Source: Candidatus Daviesbacteria bacterium (GTDB lineage Bacteria > Patescibacteriota > Microgenomatia > Daviesbacterales > UBA10151). Taken from it: DNA of 64,000 nucleotides. Made by a program: the position numbers and the translations under genes. Below the pieces are notes generated by a model. That model did no database searches. It worked only from the letters and a program-made list of their open reading frames with translations, and was not told where the DNA came from. The DNA lies in contig JACOXI010000004.1 in NCBI GenBank assembly GCA_016176335.1, positions 146,303-210,302 of the forward strand, given 5' to 3'. Positions 28,450-38,247 of the stretch are shown here, piece by piece (the stretch's first letter is position 1; each line of letters opens with the position of its first letter).

Positions 28450-28522
28450 GGTGGCTGTAGCTCAAAAGTAGAGCGTCTGTTTGTGGAACAGAAAGTAGCG
28501 GGAGCATTACCCGTCAGCCACC
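28450..28522 (+). tRNA. tRNA-His (anticodon GTG) with G-1; atypical D-loop and T-loop
   Basis: G-1 plus acceptor GTGGCTG/CAGCCAC. Discriminator C. D-stem GCTC/GAGC. Anticodon stem-loop TCTGT-TTGTGGA-ACAGA. The T-loop AGCATTA and D-loop AAAAGTA lack the usual GG and TTC elements. Confidence 0.6.
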
Positions 28523-28578
28523 CACTATAGGTTGATTATTCCCTCCTCTTTTGATATACTTGGTAATATGCCTACACG

Positions 28579-28881
28579 ATGGAAAGATTAAGGAAAAAAG
28601 TCATAATAGATGAAGCAGTAACACGAGCACAACAACTTGTTGTGGAGAGCCCTTTACAGATAGGGTCTATCGTTGCCCATCCAGATCATCCTAGAGCTTT
28701 AAAACTTAGAGGCATAGAAGGTGATACAGCTATACTACTAGATTTGGATCCTCAGACTAAAGGAGTAACTGAACTTCGGTTTCCTGCAGGTAAATTATTC
28801 GATCCCAACGTAGCACATCAAATAGCAATAAGTATTGCAAAAGGTCAACAACTGCTCCAGCAGATAAATTGGGCTAATTAA
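28579..28881 (+). CDS. hypothetical protein
   Basis: 100-aa ORF. Confidence 0.45.
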   Translation: MERLRKKVIIDEAVTRAQQLVVESPLQIGSIVAHPDHPRALKLRGIEGDTAILLDLDPQTKGVTELRFPAGKLFDPNVAHQIAISIAKGQQLLQQINWAN

Positions 28882-29012
28882 AGTCTATCTAGGATTCTAT
28901 AATTGATTCCATTGGGTACAAACACCGGATGGTCCGGAAGACCGCTACCTAACCAGGGAAGCCCCCGAGTTACTGTGGAAGTTAACTGTTAGAATCCACC
29001 GCCTGGGAGCTT

Positions 29013-29057
29013 GTAGTAGGTGTTCAGGTGCGACCTTAACCAAGGTGCGTCCTTAAC
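29013..29057 (+). repeat. 46-bp repeat, left copy (inverted partner at 33703-33753)
   Basis: GTAGTAGGTGTTCAGGTGCGACCTTAACCAAGGTGCGTCCTTAACA. About 41 of 46 nt match the reverse complement of 33703-33753. Confidence 0.75.
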
Positions 29058-29440
29058 ATAAGTTTATATCAAGCTATTCCACCCTTGAGATAGATATATA
29101 CAAGAGAGAGGAATCACCACACCCTATAGTTTGACTTCCAGGACTTTTTTCGTTATAATACACCGCTATGAATAAATTTCCAATTATCAGGGTACTTCAT
29201 TTTGTATATTTGGGGTTGCTTCTAACCTTTATTTTATTTTACGGTATATCAGCCAATCAAACTGCATAGTATCTGTGCTGAAACTTCGGTAAAAACTGTT
29301 CTAGGGTCAACCTCTAACGTTGATGCCTATGATTTCTACCAGCAGCTTTATAACGACTGTATCTCCCAAAAAAATATCAGTCTTGTTGGCTTTCTCGTCT
29401 ATAGCCTGTAATATATGTTATTATTCGTAAGCACATACTT

Positions 29441-29716
29441 ATGGAAAGAGATACCTTTACACCAGATAATCCAGAAGCAAACGACCTAAACAGGCAAGCA
29501 GAGTTGCTGTGGGGATTAACTGTTGAAATACAACGAAATAACCTGCCGAGCCAAATAATTGGGGGATTGCGCCTAATCTGCTTGGGAGCCTACAGACGCA
29601 TGATGAATCATGGTGAGCAAGGTTGGGCAGATAGAATTTTGGAGTATGCACAAAGCAGACACCCTACACATTCACAAAATATACAAGGCCAAGAAGTGGC
29701 AGATGCTACCCATTAG
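29441..29716 (+). CDS. hypothetical protein
   Basis: 91-aa ORF. Its 3' end overlaps the convergent hemolysin-III gene. Weak. Confidence 0.3.
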   Translation: MERDTFTPDNPEANDLNRQAELLWGLTVEIQRNNLPSQIIGGLRLICLGAYRRMMNHGEQGWADRILEYAQSRHPTHSQNIQGQEVADATH

Positions 29717-30304
29717 AACAAAGACATGCCAGATAGTGTGATTAAATTTTAGCTTTTTCCAGGCAAAAAAGATCAAACCCAAGGTATAAAATAACCCTCC
29801 TGTCAGAAGTAATATGATGATCTTAAAAGCTAGAATTGCCAGCAAAGATGGAAGAATGAAGACAGCTATCCATCCTAAAAATAGATAAGTTATCACCTGT
29901 AAAATTTTAAACTTCTCCATAAAAATAGACTTATAGACAATCCCTAGAATTGTGACCAGCCAGACTATGGCCAGGACTGTCAAACCTGAATTATTCTTAA
30001 GTGCAGCTAAAATAAATCCGCTGTAAGTCCCAAGAATCAATAAAAATATAGAACTATGGTCTAAAATCTTAAAAACCCTGTTTGCTTTAGTAAAATAAAG
30101 ACCGTGATAAAGGGTGGAAAAAGTATAAGTTAAGATAATAGTTGTCCCAAAAATACTAACTCCCAACACTTTCCAAAAATCATCACTTTTAAAAGCATTT
30201 ACCAAAAGTAGTATGGCGCCAATTATTGAAATCATAAGTCCCACCCCATGAGTGATACTATTTGTCACCTCCTCCAAAATAGATGTATACTGTTCAGCTT
30301 TCAT
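29672..30304 (-). CDS. hemolysin III family (PAQR/YqfA-like) membrane protein
   Basis: 7 TM helices. N-terminal ITHG. His-rich C-terminal motif HVFVLMGSICHF. Confidence 0.8.
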   Translation of the reverse strand: MKAEQYTSILEEVTNSITHGVGLMISIIGAILLLVNAFKSDDFWKVLGVSIFGTTIILTYTFSTLYHGLYFTKANRVFKILDHSSIFLLILGTYSGFILAALKNNSGLTVLAIVWLVTILGIVYKSIFMEKFKILQVITYLFLGWIAVFILPSLLAILAFKIIILLLTGGLFYTLGLIFFAWKKLKFNHTIWHVFVLMGSICHFLALYIL

Positions 30305-30391
30305 GTTTTAATGCTCCCAAAGCATATAATAACCCAAAATTTTACGGCAATTTGCATTTTGGGCACAATTTTGTAAAATATAATTAACCAC

Positions 30392-30769
30392 ATGGAATAT
30401 CTATCAATAATACCGGCTACAGCTTTAGGCTTTTTAACTTTGAAGGCCACTACCCACCCTCAATCACGGATCAGACAGAAACTGCCCAACATTAAAACCA
30501 GAAGAGTTCAGGTTTTCCCGGTCATCCGTTTTTACTTTTTCGGAAGAGTTATTCACCTGCATCACTGGATAAATTTTTCCATACTGTTAATCCTTTCAAT
30601 TTTTGTCACCGGCAATATCCTGGATTATGTGGTGACTAAAGGTTTACTTTTGGGAGGGATTATTCAAGGTCTAAGCTTGCCCGGAGAACACAGAAAAATT
30701 GTCTACAAAGATTTCTCCATTGACAGGTTGACCTCCACCACCCCACCCCTGCCCAGAAGACGATTATGA
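30392..30769 (+). CDS. hypothetical membrane protein
   Basis: 125 aa with 3 predicted TM helices. Precedes the efflux operon. Confidence 0.45.
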   Translation: MEYLSIIPATALGFLTLKATTHPQSRIRQKLPNIKTRRVQVFPVIRFYFFGRVIHLHHWINFSILLILSIFVTGNILDYVVTKGLLLGGIIQGLSLPGEHRKIVYKDFSIDRLTSTTPPLPRRRL

Positions 30770-31857
30770 GTATCTCCAATCTTCTAAAATCCGGTAAGAA
30801 AAGGGTCATTATTCCAGTGGCAATAATAATTCTTGTCATTTTTGGTTTTAATTTTTTTGCTCCCAAAAAACGGCTTCCTTTGCAATTTACCCAAGTTATC
30901 AGGCGTGACATAAAAGAAATTGTTGCTTCGTCAGGCACTTTAACAGGCAAGGATGTAGTCAATCTAAAATTCAAATCTTCCGGTAGAATCGCCTATATAA
31001 ATGTTAAGGCAGGAGATCGGGTTTTTGCCTACCAGACTATCGCCGGTTTGGATACAAAACTTTTGTCAATAGATTTACAGCAAGCACAAAATACTTTAAG
31101 AGATAAGCAGGCTAGCGCAGAAAAAGTGGAGGATGATGTCAAAGATCACAGTAAGGATGAGACCTACACCCAACGCTCAACCAGAACCACGGCCCAGGTG
31201 GCAAGGGATAATGCCGTAGATGCTGTAAAAGAGGCCCAGCAAGCTTTGCTTGACGCAAATATATACACACCAATTGCCGGAATTGTGACCCAGGCCCCCA
31301 TAACTTTCGGTCAATATGTTTCCTCGTCCGACCTGATTGCCCAAGTGGCGGATATTTCTTCAATTTATTTTGAAACTGATGTTTTGGAGGCGGATATCAG
31401 CAAGATTTCTTTAGGGCTCAAGGCAGAAATAACCCTGGATGCCTTTGGTGAAAAAGTATTCACTGGTGTTGTTGACCAAATTATCCCCCAAGCCAAAACT
31501 ACCTCATCCGGGGCCACAGTTGTTCCGGTCAAAGTGAAATTAGACCCAACCAAAATGACCTTTATAAACGGGCTTTCCGGCCAAGCCTCAGTCATTGTAA
31601 AAACATCCCAAAACGTCCTAACTTTACCGAGGGAGGCTGTCAGGGATGATAATACGGTATTTATACAAAAAAATGGCAGTGTCTCTCCTGCAAAAGTTGT
31701 CCCGGGTATTTATTCTGATACTGAAGTGGAAATAAAAGAAGGATTGGAGGATAAGGAAAAAGTACTGCTTAACCCTCCTGCAAATGACACCGGGACCCGG
31801 AATCGATCCCCGCTGCAAGGAATTTTTCGCTTCTTTGGAGGCTCAAGAGGCAGATGA
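30766..31857 (+). CDS. efflux transporter periplasmic adaptor subunit (HlyD/MacA family)
   Basis: N-terminal TM, biotinyl/lipoyl-like hairpin, coiled coil and beta-barrel. Overlaps the downstream ABC ATPase by 4 nt. Confidence 0.8.
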   Translation: MSISNLLKSGKKRVIIPVAIIILVIFGFNFFAPKKRLPLQFTQVIRRDIKEIVASSGTLTGKDVVNLKFKSSGRIAYINVKAGDRVFAYQTIAGLDTKLLSIDLQQAQNTLRDKQASAEKVEDDVKDHSKDETYTQRSTRTTAQVARDNAVDAVKEAQQALLDANIYTPIAGIVTQAPITFGQYVSSSDLIAQVADISSIYFETDVLEADISKISLGLKAEITLDAFGEKVFTGVVDQIIPQAKTTSSGATVVPVKVKLDPTKMTFINGLSGQASVIVKTSQNVLTLPREAVRDDNTVFIQKNGSVSPAKVVPGIYSDTEVEIKEGLEDKEKVLLNPPANDTGTRNRSPLQGIFRFFGGSRGR

Positions 31858-32531
31858 GTTTAATAATAAAGCTGTCTAAAATAAATAAAGTCTACAAGAC
31901 CGGGGAAATTTCCTTTCTGGCTTTAAAAAATATTAACCTTGAGGTCAAAAAAGGAGAATTCATTGCCATCATAGGTGCTTCAGGTTCTGGTAAATCTACC
32001 TTAATGAACATCATAGGCCTCCTGGATCACCCTACCTCCGGAACATATATTCTGGACGGGCAGGACAGTTCGGATTTTGGGGAGGACTATTTGGCGAAAA
32101 TCAGGAACGAAAAAATCGGCTTCGTCTTTCAGTCATTTAACCTGCTTGCCAGAACTTCTGCCTGGGATAATGTTGCCCTACCCTTAATTTATGCGGGAAT
32201 ATCAAGAAGTCAAAGACTGCAAAGAGCAAGGGAAGTTTTGGAACGGGTAGGGCTGGGTGACAAATTAGAGTCCCACCCGAATCAGCTTTCAGGGGGACAG
32301 CAGCAAAAGGTGGCTATTGCCAGAGCTTTGGTTAATAATCCGGAACTCATTTTGGCAGATGAGCCAACAGGCAATCTGGATTCTAAATCAGGCGGGGAAA
32401 TCATGAATCTTTTTGAAAAGCTTTCCAGTGAGGGTAAAACCATTATTATGATTACTCATGAAGCAACAATTGCCCGCCATGCAAAAAGGGTTATCAGGCT
32501 AAAAGATGGGGGTATCCAATGGAGACAATAA
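31854..32531 (+). CDS. ABC transporter ATP-binding protein (MacB/LolD/FtsE-like)
   Basis: Walker [10 protein letters not shown]. Signature [15 protein letters not shown]. Walker [12 protein letters not shown]. Confidence 0.9.
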   Translation: MSLIIKLSKINKVYKTGEISFLALKNINLEVKKGEFIAIIGASGSGKSTLMNIIGLLDHPTSGTYILDGQDSSDFGEDYLAKIRNEKIGFVFQSFNLLARTSAWDNVALPLIYAGISRSQRLQRAREVLERVGLGDKLESHPNQLSGGQQQKVAIARALVNNPELILADEPTGNLDSKSGGEIMNLFEKLSSEGKTIIMITHEATIARHAKRVIRLKDGGIQWRQ

Positions 32532-33700
32532 ATTCAGCTCTAACATCAATCTTTGCGAACAGATTAAGGTCTTTCCTGACGATTCTGGGAATTGTGATTG
32601 GCGTCATGTCTGTCATACTGTTAATCTCTTTGGTGTCCGGCCTTAAAACTTATATCACCAACCAAATCCAAGGCTTAGGGGCAAACCTACTGATAGTAAT
32701 TCCCGGAAGAATTGGTGGAGCCCGCTCCCCCGGCGGGGTACAGGCAAATAGGTTGGTTTATGCTGATGCTTTAAATTTGCGCAGCAAGTTATCAAATGAT
32801 GCACAAGTCTCTGCTGCAATACAAAGAAACGCCACTTTAAAGTTTGGCAACAAAAACGACAAAGGAGTGGCTATTTTTGGGGTTGAGGCCACTTATCCAA
32901 AGATTGTTTCCATAAAACTTACAGCAGGCAGATTTTTCAATCAGTCAGAACAACAATCATCAAGAAAGGTGGCGGTAATAGGTACAACAGTTAAAAGTAA
33001 CCTTTTTGGGGAGGGCAGCGGCTTGGCACAAACAATTGATGTGGCAGGATTGAAATATACTGTCATCGGCATATTGGGGCAAAGAGGAGCCATCTTTGGT
33101 ATTGACTTGGATAATGCAATTTATATCCCCCTACCTTCTGCCGAAAGGCAATTTGGGATAGATCGCCTTAACACCATCTATATTTCTGCCAATAGTGCCG
33201 AATCAGTCGGGGATGTGCAAAATAAGGCAGTCTCGCTTTTGAAAAAAAGATTATCAGAGGACGAATTTACTGTACAAACCCAAGAACAAACCTTGTCCAC
33301 AATTTCTCAAATAACTGGGGTTTTAACTCTGGCTTTGGGAGGAATTGCCGCAATATCTTTAATTGTCGGGGGAATAGGCGTTATGAATATTATGCTTGTG
33401 TCAGTCACCGAACGCACAAGAGAAATTGGACTTCGAAAGGCTCTCGGGGCCAGACCAAAAGATATCAGAAACCAATTTTTGATTGAGGCTATGACTTTAT
33501 CAGGGCTGGGTGGTATTATTGGAATTGTTTTGGGAATTGGCATATCCCTTATTATTGGCAGATTTTTTACCACCACTGTCCCACTTTGGTCAGTGGCCCT
33601 CTCTTTTGGATTTTCCATGCTGGTGGGAGTAATCTTCGGAGTTACCCCCGCCATCCGCGCTGCCAGACTAGATCCAATTACTGCTTTAAGGTATGAATAA
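32519..33700 (+). CDS. ABC transporter permease (FtsX/MacB-type)
   Basis: N-terminal TM, a large periplasmic domain and a C-terminal FtsX-like 3-TM bundle. Confidence 0.85.
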   Translation: METINSALTSIFANRLRSFLTILGIVIGVMSVILLISLVSGLKTYITNQIQGLGANLLIVIPGRIGGARSPGGVQANRLVYADALNLRSKLSNDAQVSAAIQRNATLKFGNKNDKGVAIFGVEATYPKIVSIKLTAGRFFNQSEQQSSRKVAVIGTTVKSNLFGEGSGLAQTIDVAGLKYTVIGILGQRGAIFGIDLDNAIYIPLPSAERQFGIDRLNTIYISANSAESVGDVQNKAVSLLKKRLSEDEFTVQTQEQTLSTISQITGVLTLALGGIAAISLIVGGIGVMNIMLVSVTERTREIGLRKALGARPKDIRNQFLIEAMTLSGLGGIIGIVLGIGISLIIGRFFTTTVPLWSVALSFGFSMLVGVIFGVTPAIRAARLDPITALRYE

Positions 33701-33702
33701 AA

Positions 33703-33753
33703 GACAGGTGTCGAGGACGCACCTTGGCTAAGGTCGCACCTGAACATCTGCTA
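33703..33753 (-). repeat. 46-bp repeat, right copy (inverted relative to 29013-29057)
   Basis: Contains CAGGTG...CACCTG. A T-tract follows at 33765-33771. Starts 3 nt after the permease stop. Confidence 0.75.
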
Positions 33754-34359
33754 CTTGCCTATTTTTTGAGCATATTCTTGGGGACTTAACCATTCAGGCT
33801 CCGGCACTACTTTATAATTCGGATTTTTCACTATGGTTGGCTGGCCATTTTCTTCCACCATATAATAGGCAAAACCGCGCATTTTTTTAACAGGCTCATA
33901 ATCTGCATGGCCGGGTAAAGAAACAGGATCAGCTTCTTCAAAATTTACTGGTGAATCATCCTCTGTGACCAGCCAGGTCTTTCCAGTATTGACGGCCAGA
34001 TGACCTGTTCCCGATGGAATAAACACACTATCTCCTTTCTTTACCCTTATTGCATAAAAAGATTCGACCTCATCATCAATTGGGTTTCCGTTAGAATCTG
34101 TCTTCCTGTTTTGAAGAAGCACCATCCCTTCCCCTGCTAAAACCCAATATGTTTCATCAAGACGGCCAATATGATAATGTCCGTAAGTTTTTATATACTC
34201 TCCCCCAACAGTTCCTGTTTCCCAAACAGTGATATTTTTCTTATCCTTCCCACCTCTAATCATGTAATAGTGAATTTCCGGGCTTTCTGCTTCAGGGTGC
34301 ATCAGCACCTCTTTCATTTTCTCATGCTCTCTTGCGGCAAAAGGCTTTAACATATACAA
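33751..34359 (-). CDS. cupin-type glucose-6-phosphate isomerase (archaeal-type PGI)
   Basis: TYGHYH and GE..Y cupin motifs characteristic of cPGI. 202 aa. Confidence 0.7.
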   Translation of the reverse strand: MYMLKPFAAREHEKMKEVLMHPEAESPEIHYYMIRGGKDKKNITVWETGTVGGEYIKTYGHYHIGRLDETYWVLAGEGMVLLQNRKTDSNGNPIDDEVESFYAIRVKKGDSVFIPSGTGHLAVNTGKTWLVTEDDSPVNFEEADPVSLPGHADYEPVKKMRGFAYYMVEENGQPTIVKNPNYKVVPEPEWLSPQEYAQKIGK

Positions 34360-34374
34360 TTCCCATTATACATC

Positions 34375-35823
34375 ATGGATTCATTTGCTTTAATTATATT
34401 TGGTATTACCAGCAATCTTGCCCAAATTAAGTTAATCCCGGCGCTATATGACATGGCGGAAAAAGGGTTACTGCCGGAAAATATGTCGATAATTGGCATT
34501 GCCAGAAAACCAATGTCCCCAAAACAGTTTCAGAAATATTTCCACGAGACCCTACATCTGCAAAATATTCACCACCAGCATGAAATCAAGGAGGAAATTT
34601 TTAAACAGTTATCAAAAAGACTTTACTATGTGGATGGACATTTAGATGATTCACAATTTTTTGCCAAGTTAAAAGATTTCTTAAATAAGTTAAATAAATC
34701 CGGCAGACCATGTCATAACAGGATCTATTATCTGGCAACATACCCTGATCTATACCAGCATGTCTTTAAAAATCTGCAAAAACAGCGGATGAATCAGCAA
34801 AAAAATGGCTGGGTGAGATTGATGATTGAAAAACCAATCGGTCATGATCTTTCCTCTGCCAAAGCCTTAAATAAATTACTGTTGAAATATTTCACCGAGG
34901 ATCAAATCTATCGTCTTGATCATTACCTGGGTAAGGAAACACTACAAAATATTCTGACATTCAGATTCTCCAATGGCATTTTTGAGCCTTTGATAAACAA
35001 AGATTATATTGACCATATTCAAATTACAGCCAGTGAGGATTTTGGTATTGGTAGAAGGGGCGGTTATTATGATCAGGTGGGGGCTTTAAAAGATGTTGGT
35101 CAAAATCACCAACTACAGATGCTGGCTTTTTCCACTATGGATGCCCCATCGGAGTTTAGCAATGAGGCAGTTACCAAAGAGCGGCTGAAGATTTTACAAA
35201 AATTACAGCCTCTACCTCAAAAAATAGTTTTTGGACAATATGAAGGTTACAGAAACAAGCAAAATGTTAACCCTAAATCTAATATGGATACCTTTTACGC
35301 TTTCAAAACTTATATCACAAATGAACGCTTTGACAATGTACCAATTTATATCAGGGCCGGTAAAAAATTGAAACAAACTGTGACTGAAATTTGTCTGGTT
35401 TTTAAAACACCTGTCAACAGGTTGCTGAAGCATTTAGACTGTGGGGATGAGCCTAATGTGCTAATCTATCGGATCCAGCCGAATGAGGGGATTGTTTTAA
35501 AAATTTTAACCAAAGTGCCGGGACATGAAGCCAAATTGGAACCGGAGTATATGCAATTTTGCTACAGGGCTGACCCTCATAGTCATAAGATTCCTGACCC
35601 ATACGAGAGACTGTTAATAGACACCATCAGGGGTGACCAGACTTTCTTCAATGATGCAGAGGAGGTGGAGGCCCAGTGGGCTTTCATTGATCCTTTAGTT
35701 GAAAAACGTGGTAAGCCCATTATTTATAAACCAGGCAGCTGGGGACCAGAAAAGGCTGATGAGCTGATTAGATCAGACGGCAGAGAATGGCTTGAACCCT
35801 CAATGGACTTTTGCAGAATATGA
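34375..35823 (+). CDS. zwf: glucose-6-phosphate 1-dehydrogenase
   Basis: N-terminal Rossmann IFGITSNLAQIKLIPALY. RLDHYLGKE active-site motif. Confidence 0.93.
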   Translation: MDSFALIIFGITSNLAQIKLIPALYDMAEKGLLPENMSIIGIARKPMSPKQFQKYFHETLHLQNIHHQHEIKEEIFKQLSKRLYYVDGHLDDSQFFAKLKDFLNKLNKSGRPCHNRIYYLATYPDLYQHVFKNLQKQRMNQQKNGWVRLMIEKPIGHDLSSAKALNKLLLKYFTEDQIYRLDHYLGKETLQNILTFRFSNGIFEPLINKDYIDHIQITASEDFGIGRRGGYYDQVGALKDVGQNHQLQMLAFSTMDAPSEFSNEAVTKERLKILQKLQPLPQKIVFGQYEGYRNKQNVNPKSNMDTFYAFKTYITNERFDNVPIYIRAGKKLKQTVTEICLVFKTPVNRLLKHLDCGDEPNVLIYRIQPNEGIVLKILTKVPGHEAKLEPEYMQFCYRADPHSHKIPDPYERLLIDTIRGDQTFFNDAEEVEAQWAFIDPLVEKRGKPIIYKPGSWGPEKADELIRSDGREWLEPSMDFCRI

Positions 35824-36494
35824 ATAACCAAAACTCAATGATAGATAAAATAATCCAAAGCCCTCTTTTTTTAAGGCTTAAGGAAGTTACTGAAAATAAT
35901 GGTTACCATGATCATGAGGCAGTTTATGACCACTTAATAAAAACCAAAGACATAGCTCTAAGGGAAATTACCGGAAACTTTATCACCAATCCTGATGCAA
36001 AAAAACTTTTTTTGGAATTTGTTAATGATGATTTTCATGGAATAGAAAGATCGGAAATTATGGTTATAATTGCTCTTTTACATGATATTGGCAAAATATT
36101 GTATGTGAAAGATAACGGAACTGCGCATCCCCTAATGATTACCGATTCTTCCGGAATTACTATGTGTCCGGGACACGAATACTGGGGATCCACTATTGTC
36201 GAACGATTCCTTAATAATGTTTCCCTTAAGCCAGAAGTTATTAGATATATCTCCAATGCAATTAGGCTTCACGATACATTCAGTGAGGCCTACTTTATTG
36301 TAAAAAAAGACTGGCCGTTTGAAACCATGATAAATGATGTTAAATCCAGAGCTGAAGGATTTTATAAAGAAGCTATTTTTAATGTTTATTGCGATTGTTT
36401 TACTGCAACACCTTTTCAGGAAGCAAAACAGATGATTGTTAAAATATTTAATGAACCAAAATTATATGAAAAACGTGCATATGTCATCTCTTAA
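35811..36494 (+). CDS. HD-domain phosphohydrolase
   Basis: H...HD motif (ALLHDIGK) and additional His residues. Confidence 0.6.
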   Translation: MQNMNNQNSMIDKIIQSPLFLRLKEVTENNGYHDHEAVYDHLIKTKDIALREITGNFITNPDAKKLFLEFVNDDFHGIERSEIMVIIALLHDIGKILYVKDNGTAHPLMITDSSGITMCPGHEYWGSTIVERFLNNVSLKPEVIRYISNAIRLHDTFSEAYFIVKKDWPFETMINDVKSRAEGFYKEAIFNVYCDCFTATPFQEAKQMIVKIFNEPKLYEKRAYVIS

Positions 36495-37185
36495 AATCCC
36501 TCTTTTTGATATTGACTGGACACTCCTTAGAGGTGAGGAGATTAACAAAAAAGCCCACAGAGATGCCTATAATTTTGCTCTTCATTCAATCTACAACCTT
36601 CCCAGTCATGTTTCGCAAAGAGATTATTTTTCGGAAGGAAAGATAGATTCACAAGTTTTAATGGAAATAGCCAAACTTCATGGGGTTACTGAAGATGAAG
36701 CTAAAACCAAAGTTCATACAGCTTTAAGTACCATGGCAAAGTATTTTATAAAACATGCAGGTGAAGGGCATTATGAACCAATGCCCGGGGTAGTAAACCT
36801 ACTTTCTGATTTAAAATCCAAAGGTATACCACTGGGATTACTCACAGGAAATGTGGCAGAAATAGGCCGGGAAAAGTTAAGAAGGGCCGGCATTGCGGAT
36901 TATTTTGCATTTGGGGCATTTGGGTCAATGGCTTTCAAACGTGTAGATTTAATACAAATTGCAAAGGAAAAAGCCAGTAAAGTTTTGGGACAGGACATAT
37001 CCATTCACCGGTTTGTCATTGTAGGAGATTCACCTTTGGATATTGCCTGTGCTAGGGATGGTGGAATTCCTGTAATTGCAGTCGGGGCTGGACACTATAA
37101 ATCCCATGAGCTTTCACACGCAGATTTGGTTGTGGATTCACTAGAAGAACAAGGTAAGATTATCAAATTTTTAAAACTTGCTTAA
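36481..37185 (+). CDS. HAD-superfamily hydrolase (beta-phosphoglucomutase/phosphatase-like)
   Basis: Motif I FDIDWTL. Motif IV VGDSPLDIACARDGG. Start chosen at ATG 36481. The track ORF begins at 36436. Confidence 0.8.
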   Translation: MSSLKIPLFDIDWTLLRGEEINKKAHRDAYNFALHSIYNLPSHVSQRDYFSEGKIDSQVLMEIAKLHGVTEDEAKTKVHTALSTMAKYFIKHAGEGHYEPMPGVVNLLSDLKSKGIPLGLLTGNVAEIGREKLRRAGIADYFAFGAFGSMAFKRVDLIQIAKEKASKVLGQDISIHRFVIVGDSPLDIACARDGGIPVIAVGAGHYKSHELSHADLVVDSLEEQGKIIKFLKLA

Positions 37186-38138
37186 GATTTCTTAACAGGA
37201 TGCCTACCGAATTGCCACCTCATGGCAGCCACCACTTTGTTTCTGAAGCCCGAAGGCGAATCTTCTTTATCTTTATCCGAATTTTCCCTTACAGCTAATG
37301 CTGCCTTAATAACAGGTACATCTATACCCATTTTATCTGCAATCTCTATAGTCCAATGAGCTTCTGCTTTTCCCTTACCAGCTCCTCCTGCTGAACCAAT
37401 AACAGATGAGATAGTCTTAAGATCTGGATCCTCATTTAATTCTTTTAATGTCCAGTCAACCAGTCTTGAATCAATAATTGATTTATTATTATAAACTCTA
37501 AAAACCTCTTTCAAATCAAAGTTAAAATCAGAATACTTAAGTATTGCTGCCCCTTCCCCAATTGCCTCCATCATGCCATACTCAATCCCATTATGCACCA
37601 TTTTGGCAAAATGTCCTGCCCCTACAGGGCCTAAGTGCCCATAGGCCCCAGGGGCTGCCTCAGCTCTTAAAACAGGTTCTGTTTTTTCAAAATCCTCCTT
37701 AGACCCTCCTGCCATCATGCAAGCCCCATGTCTTGCCCCTTCAACACCACCAGAGATTCCCACATCCATAAAATGAATCCCTTTTTCGGATAACTCTTTG
37801 GCCCTTCTTAAAGTTTCCTGATAAAATGAATTTCCCCCATCAATAATTAAATCACCTTCAGATAGTTTGGGAGTTAAATCACCTAACACAGTATCCATGG
37901 CATCAGCTGAAACCATCAGCCAAATTACCCGGAGGGTTCCCAGACTCTTAACCAGTTCATCAGTTGTTTCCGAAATTGTGAGATTTTCTGATCCGGATTT
38001 TAACTGGGAGGCCTCTTGCTTCAACTCTTCTCTTGGTTGGGGAGACCTATTCCAGGCAACAACTGTAATACCATGCTCCAAAAGATTGAGCACTATATTC
38101 TTCCCCATTCTTCCAAGTCCTATAAATCCAATCTTCAT
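37182..38138 (-). CDS. gnd: 6-phosphogluconate dehydrogenase (decarboxylating), short form
   Basis: MKIGFIGLGRMGKNIV NAD-binding motif. 318 aa, YqeC-like. Confidence 0.88.
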   Translation of the reverse strand: MKIGFIGLGRMGKNIVLNLLEHGITVVAWNRSPQPREELKQEASQLKSGSENLTISETTDELVKSLGTLRVIWLMVSADAMDTVLGDLTPKLSEGDLIIDGGNSFYQETLRRAKELSEKGIHFMDVGISGGVEGARHGACMMAGGSKEDFEKTEPVLRAEAAPGAYGHLGPVGAGHFAKMVHNGIEYGMMEAIGEGAAILKYSDFNFDLKEVFRVYNNKSIIDSRLVDWTLKELNEDPDLKTISSVIGSAGGAGKGKAEAHWTIEIADKMGIDVPVIKAALAVRENSDKDKEDSPSGFRNKVVAAMRWQFGRHPVKKS

Positions 38139-38247
38139 TAAGATTACTATAATCCACCCTGTTTCTTTTGTAAATTATCAATCTACTTGACACATGGAAT
38201 GTGTAAAGTAACAATAATGTATATCTTTCAAATTACGACCTATAGCA

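Noticed and set aside
28902-28997. About 96-nt GC-richer hairpin region closed by GGATTCTA/TAGAATCC and containing GGTCCGGAAG, which resembles the SRP RNA domain IV tetraloop motif
   Set aside because: The internal helices do not reproduce the 4.5S RNA fold. The 3' side reads GACCGCTACC rather than GGAAGCAGC, and the symmetric loop is absent. A single 10-mer match is expected by chance at about 0.1 per window. It may still be a structured element, but I cannot support an SRP RNA call.
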